From Bacteroidia bacterium (lineage in GTDB: Bacteria; Bacteroidota; Bacteroidia; CAIKAF01): a DNA stretch of 64,000 nt. Each line of letters opens with the position of its first letter. Within the stretch, counting starts at the first letter, position 1. The stretch spans positions 48,141-112,140 of the forward strand of contig JAUHWY010000001.1 of NCBI GenBank assembly GCA_030427255.1, written 5' to 3'. Shown piece by piece: positions 59,821 through 64,000 of this stretch. The notes beneath the pieces were generated by a model. It worked only from the letters and a program-made list of their open reading frames with translations, had not been told where the DNA came from and searched no databases. The position numbers were made by a program, and so were the translations under genes.

Positions 59821-60020
59821 GGCCTAATTTGGAAGAAGGCCCCCGGGCCGAACGGATACCCCACAGGCTCAAAGGCCGGTATCCTTAGTGGGCGGAGGCT
59901 GAGGTACGAAGCCCACGTACCACTTAGGAAACCGTGCCTTTGAGACGAGGAGTAGGAGGGAGGACCGGAATTGGGCCCCAAACACATACAACATTTAGCC
60001 TCCATTTTGGTTATTCAAGT

Positions 60021-60659
60021 ATGAAGCCATTGCTTTTTGTGCCTGCCGTTTTTTGCTTGTTTTGGGGCTGTTCGGCGGCGCCTCAGGCTGCGCCCGAGTC
60101 CGGGCAAACCTCAATTAATCTTACCACGGATATGGATACCATTACTTTAGGAGCGGGTTGCTTTTGGTGTACCGAAGCTATTTTTTCGAACATGAAGGGC
60201 GTTCAATCTGCCAAACCCGGATATTCGGGTGGCCATATTAAAAATCCGGCCTATCGCGAAGTGTGCAGCGGCCGAACCGGCCATGCCGAAGTAGTGCAGG
60301 TGGTGTACGATCCGGGAATGGTGTCGCTTCGTGAATTGTTGGCCGTGTTTTTTCAAACGCACGACCCCACCACCTTAAATCGACAAGGCGCAGACGTGGG
60401 CACGCAATACCGGAGTGCCGTGTTTTACCATTCAGAGGCTCAAGCCGAATTGGCCAAATCCATTATTAAAGAGCTAGATGCAAGTGGGGCTTTTCCAAAT
60501 CCCATTGTTACAGAAGTTACTGCATTTGAAACCTTTTATGAGGCTGAACCTGAGCACTTAGATTATTACGCTAAAAATCCGGACCAAGGATATTGCCGCG
60601 TGGTTATTCGTCCAAAAATGGAAAAGTTCAAAAAGGTATTTCCAGATTTGGTGAAATAA
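60021..60659 (+). CDS. msrA: Peptide methionine sulfoxide reductase MsrA (secreted/lipoprotein form)
   Basis: GAGCFWCTEAIF active-site motif and a signal peptide. Confidence 0.9.
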   Translation: MKPLLFVPAVFCLFWGCSAAPQAAPESGQTSINLTTDMDTITLGAGCFWCTEAIFSNMKGVQSAKPGYSGGHIKNPAYREVCSGRTGHAEVVQVVYDPGMVSLRELLAVFFQTHDPTTLNRQGADVGTQYRSAVFYHSEAQAELAKSIIKELDASGAFPNPIVTEVTAFETFYEAEPEHLDYYAKNPDQGYCRVVIRPKMEKFKKVFPDLVK

Positions 60660-60660
60660 G

Positions 60661-61683
60661 CTAAAAACCCAAACGCTCTAAACCGGCTTGGGCAACTTTT
60701 AGGTCAGGCTCTTGGCTCAGAGCTTTCTGGTAAAAAATGCGGGCACTATCTTGTTGTCCCAACAATTCCAAAGCATAACCTTTATGGTAAAGCGCCAAAT
60801 AAAAATCGGGTTCGTGGTTTAGGGCTCGATTAAACCAGGTTAGCGATTCGGTGGCTTTTCCCTCTTCGAAAAGAAATATGTAGCCAATATTGTGTATGCT
60901 GGGCACATGGTTCTTATCGAATGCCAGCAAATCTTGATACACCCGAATGGCTTCTTTAGGACGGTTGTGGTACTGCAGATAGTAAGCCAATCCATAATAG
61001 GCCTCCTGTTTTGTGGGATTTACAGAAATGGCATTTTGATAGTAGTCAATGGCCAAGTCATTGTTTTTGGCAGCGTGTAGATTGGCCAATTGCATGTAGG
61101 CATGAAAGTAGGTTGGGTCTTGTTCTACCGCCGTTTGAAACGAAGAAATAGCCAAATTGGTGTCGCCTGTTTCTGCAAATATCATGCCCTTAGTAAAATA
61201 GGTTCGAGCCTCAAATGGATCCAATAAAATGGCTTTGTCGAGGTATTCAAATGCAGATTGGTACTGGCCTAAATAATATTGGAGTTCGCCCATTCTCAAA
61301 TTGGCATCCAAATTATTAGGATCTAAGGCTAGGGCCTTTTGAATCGTGGCTCGTGCTTGCTCTACTTCTCGGGTAGTATAGTATAAATCAGCGGCATGCA
61401 ACAGAATATCTGTTCTAAACGAATCTAAGCTCAAGGCTTTTTCCGCATCCATTAATGCCTTATTAAAAACCTCTTGTTCGGCATAATATCTGGAGCGGGC
61501 AAACCACGCATCCACGTCTCCGGGGTTTTCGGCTACTTTACGGTTGAGTCGTCCAATGGTGCTGGTGCTGTCCTGAGTTTCTTGGGGAGGAGTTTTAGCT
61601 CCGTTTCCACAAGAACTCAGGTACACAAAGGATAGACAAAGCAAAGCGACCTTTGCTAAGGTATATACTACAGAGTTTCGCAT
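60661..61683 (-). CDS. TPR-repeat lipoprotein
   Basis: Lipobox (LSSCGN) and multiple TPR units. Confidence 0.75.
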   Translation of the reverse strand: MRNSVVYTLAKVALLCLSFVYLSSCGNGAKTPPQETQDSTSTIGRLNRKVAENPGDVDAWFARSRYYAEQEVFNKALMDAEKALSLDSFRTDILLHAADLYYTTREVEQARATIQKALALDPNNLDANLRMGELQYYLGQYQSAFEYLDKAILLDPFEARTYFTKGMIFAETGDTNLAISSFQTAVEQDPTYFHAYMQLANLHAAKNNDLAIDYYQNAISVNPTKQEAYYGLAYYLQYHNRPKEAIRVYQDLLAFDKNHVPSIHNIGYIFLFEEGKATESLTWFNRALNHEPDFYLALYHKGYALELLGQQDSARIFYQKALSQEPDLKVAQAGLERLGF

Positions 61684-62708
61684 TATTTAGCGGTAATCGC
61701 TTCTTTGATTTTGCCTTCTATTTCTTCGGCCAAATCGGGATTGTCTTGAAGCAGTGTTTTAACGGCTTCTCTTCCTTGGCCGAGTTTGGTTTCGCCATAG
61801 CTGTACCAAGAGCCTGACTTTTTCAGCACATCGGTTTCTACACCAATGTCAATCACCTCGCCCATTTTGGAAATTCCTCCGCCATACACAATGTCGAATT
61901 CGGCCATTTTAAAAGGGGGAGCCAATTTATTCTTCACCACTTTTACGCGGGTTCGGTTGCCCACCAAGGTGTCACCATCCTTAAGTTGGCCGGTGCGTCG
62001 AATATCAAGCCTCACAGAAGCATAAAATTTCAGGGCATTACCTCCGGTGGTGGTTTCCGGCGAACCGTACATAACCCCGATTTTTTCGCGCAATTGGTTG
62101 ATGAAAATACAACAGCAGCCGGTTTTGGAAATAGAAGCCGTAAGCTTCCGAAGGGCCTGACTCATTAATCGGGCTTGCAAGCCTACCTTGGAGTCGCCCA
62201 TTTCCCCTTCCAATTCGCCTTTGGGGACCAAAGCCGCAACGGAGTCAATAACAATAATATCTATGGCACCGGAACGAATGAGGTTATCGGCAATTTCCAA
62301 AGCTTGCTCACCGTTGTCGGGTTGAGAAATAAGTAAGTTTTCGGTGTCTACTCCCAATTTCTCGGCATAAAACCGGTCGAAGGCATGTTCGGCATCGATA
62401 AAGGCTGCTATACCGCCTTTGCGTTGAGCCTCAGCCATGGCATGAAGGGTTAAGGTTGTTTTACCGGACGATTCAGGTCCATAAATTTCAACCACCCTTC
62501 CTTTGGGATATCCGCCAATACCTAAAGCCAAATCCAGCGTTAAGGAGCCGGAGGGAATAATTTCCGCAGCTTCAATGGCCGAATCGCCCATGCGCATAAT
62601 GGTTCCCTTCCCGTAGGTCTTTTCTATACGGTCTAAGGTCATTTTTAGGGCCTGTAACTTCTCTTTGTTATCCGTCGATGCCATATTTTTTGTCATTTTA
62701 CCGACCAA
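61683..62708 (-). CDS. recA: Recombinase A
   Basis: Walker [10 protein letters not shown]; canonical RecA sequence throughout. Confidence 0.95.
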   Translation of the reverse strand: MVGKMTKNMASTDNKEKLQALKMTLDRIEKTYGKGTIMRMGDSAIEAAEIIPSGSLTLDLALGIGGYPKGRVVEIYGPESSGKTTLTLHAMAEAQRKGGIAAFIDAEHAFDRFYAEKLGVDTENLLISQPDNGEQALEIADNLIRSGAIDIIVIDSVAALVPKGELEGEMGDSKVGLQARLMSQALRKLTASISKTGCCCIFINQLREKIGVMYGSPETTTGGNALKFYASVRLDIRRTGQLKDGDTLVGNRTRVKVVKNKLAPPFKMAEFDIVYGGGISKMGEVIDIGVETDVLKKSGSWYSYGETKLGQGREAVKTLLQDNPDLAEEIEGKIKEAITAK

Positions 62709-62883
62709 AGATACGACTAAAATCTTTTGCGCACTTCCTTAAGTTATTAACAATAGGTTGATAATAGGCGCTTTTGGCCTGCTGCTGCAACAAAAGAAAA
62801 TGTCATATTTTTTGTCTATACTCTTATATAATATAGAACAAAGGCAAGAATTACCTTGCCTTTATTCTAGTGCATTAATCGTT

Positions 62884-63354
62884 TCAAAGCTTTGCTAAAG
62901 CTTCCCTGATTTGCTCGGTGTGGCTCTTGCTTTGTACTTTCTTAAATACCTTAACCAGTTTGCCCTCCGGATCAATCACAAAAGTGTTCCGGTTGGTTCC
63001 CATATACTTGCGACCATACATGTTTTTCTCCACCCACGTTCCATACTTTTCATGCACGCTCTTGTCCTCGTCGGCCACCAATTGAAAAGGCAAATCGTAT
63101 TTGGCAATGAACTTTTGGTGGCTTGCGGCGCTATCGCTGCTAACCCCAATTACCTCAAATCCTTCTTTTTTAAGGTCCTCGTAGTTGTCCCTCAGGTTGC
63201 AAGCTTCTGCCGTACAACCGGGGGTGTCGTCTTTGGGATAAAAATACAATATCACATGCTTGCCCCTAAAATCGGAAAGCTTAATGGACTTTCCGTCCTG
63301 GTTTTTAGCTTCAAAATCCGGGGCCATGTTTCCTGCTTCGGGTACATTACTCAT
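62884..63354 (-). CDS. bcp: Thioredoxin-dependent peroxiredoxin Bcp
   Basis: YFYPKDDTPGCTAEAC motif. Confidence 0.9.
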   Translation of the reverse strand: MSNVPEAGNMAPDFEAKNQDGKSIKLSDFRGKHVILYFYPKDDTPGCTAEACNLRDNYEDLKKEGFEVIGVSSDSAASHQKFIAKYDLPFQLVADEDKSVHEKYGTWVEKNMYGRKYMGTNRNTFVIDPEGKLVKVFKKVQSKSHTEQIREALAKL

Positions 63355-63424
63355 AGCTGTTTGTTTTTAGTTCTATTTCTATGGATGCTAACAATCCCCA
63401 TTGGGATTTGTTATTTCCTAAGGT

Positions 63425-64000
63425 TTATTTGCTTCCTGCCGGTTTCCACACCGTTTCTACTTGGCAACGCATGGTAATCATGCCTGGCAATCCGGGCACT
63501 TCGCTGGTTTCTTCCATCCGCAAAGGCCTATCCTCCGGAAGCAATTGAGCCTCGTTTAAACTCCAAATGGGGTCGTAAAAGCGGTGTGTGCAACCTTTGG
63601 AAATCATGTTGGCCAATTCCATAGATCCGCTTCCGCTGCCCTGAACGCCCAAAGCCGCCAACTGCTGCTGCGCCTTTTGGACAGCCTGCTGTAAGGCTTG
63701 CTGCTCGGCATTGCTCAAATCCGTTGTGGGTTCTACCTTTAAAATGGTTATTTCCGGCATAGAAGCCAGTTGAATCAGTTTGGCATGGATCTCATCCTTG
63801 CTTATCGGAAAATAAAAAGACAGCATTACTTCGGGCAGGGTGCCGGTTTGCCGCACACCTCTGCTCCCCCAAACCATGGGCAATCCGCTTTCTACCGAAA
63901 AACTGGTGGTTGTCCCTTGATTCATCTCCTTGCGAAAGGCATCGATTTTTTTTTGGGCAGCAGCATAGGCGGCCTGGTAATCTTCCCCGCTGCCTTTTAG
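63425..64000 (-). CDS. Periplasmic SIMPL/DUF541-like protein, C-terminal part; the N-terminus lies beyond the window end
   Basis: The reading frame stays open through 64000; Ala/Gln-rich helical segment. Low confidence. Confidence 0.4.
   Translation of the reverse strand, partial: LKGSGEDYQAAYAAAQKKIDAFRKEMNQGTTTSFSVESGLPMVWGSRGVRQTGTLPEVMLSFYFPISKDEIHAKLIQLASMPEITILKVEPTTDLSNAEQQALQQAVQKAQQQLAALGVQGSGSGSMELANMISKGCTHRFYDPIWSLNEAQLLPEDRPLRMEETSEVPGLPGMITMRCQVETVWKPAGSK

Noticed and set aside
62830-62883. Hairpin AAAGGCAAG...CTTGCCTTT downstream of bcp as a terminator
   Set aside because: There is no convincing U-run on either strand. It is left as an unassigned inverted repeat.

Overview
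This 64-kb window looks like a Bacteroidota chromosomal segment. It has T9SS C-terminal sorting domains, DUF1573 lipoproteins, a BshA-like glycosyltransferase, fasciclin and TonB-dependent receptors. Most genes are on the minus strand and are housekeeping: rsgA (partial), valS, a DtxR-regulated Mn/Zn ABC uptake operon, dnaX, ferritin, RNase Z, pyrB-pyrR, rpsA, pyrF, prfA, purM, recA, bcp, msrA and a crtI-type carotenoid desaturase. Three things stand out. (1) A tRNA-Ser/tRNA-Pro/tRNA-Arg cluster is followed by a ~6.5-kb integrative island (33168-39667). It is inserted into the 3' end of tRNA-Arg, bounded by a 15-bp direct repeat, and has a satellite/PICI-like layout: int, orf315, xis, a wHTH regulator, a Rep_trans-like gene, an acidic cassette protein and TPR cargo. 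(2) At least five copies of a GC-rich ~150-180-bp intergenic element share a conserved hairpin whose stem shows compensatory changes and whose loop carries a conserved GCGCAGCAA motif. (3) A dense REP/BIME-like palindrome family (CCTGAC-GCTTCG-GTCAGG) occurs at six intergenic loci, two of them with short tandem arrays. A TolC/HlyD/ABC type-I-like exporter sits next to a glycine-rich secreted protein. All calls come from reading the translated ORFs and the DNA by eye; no searches were run.
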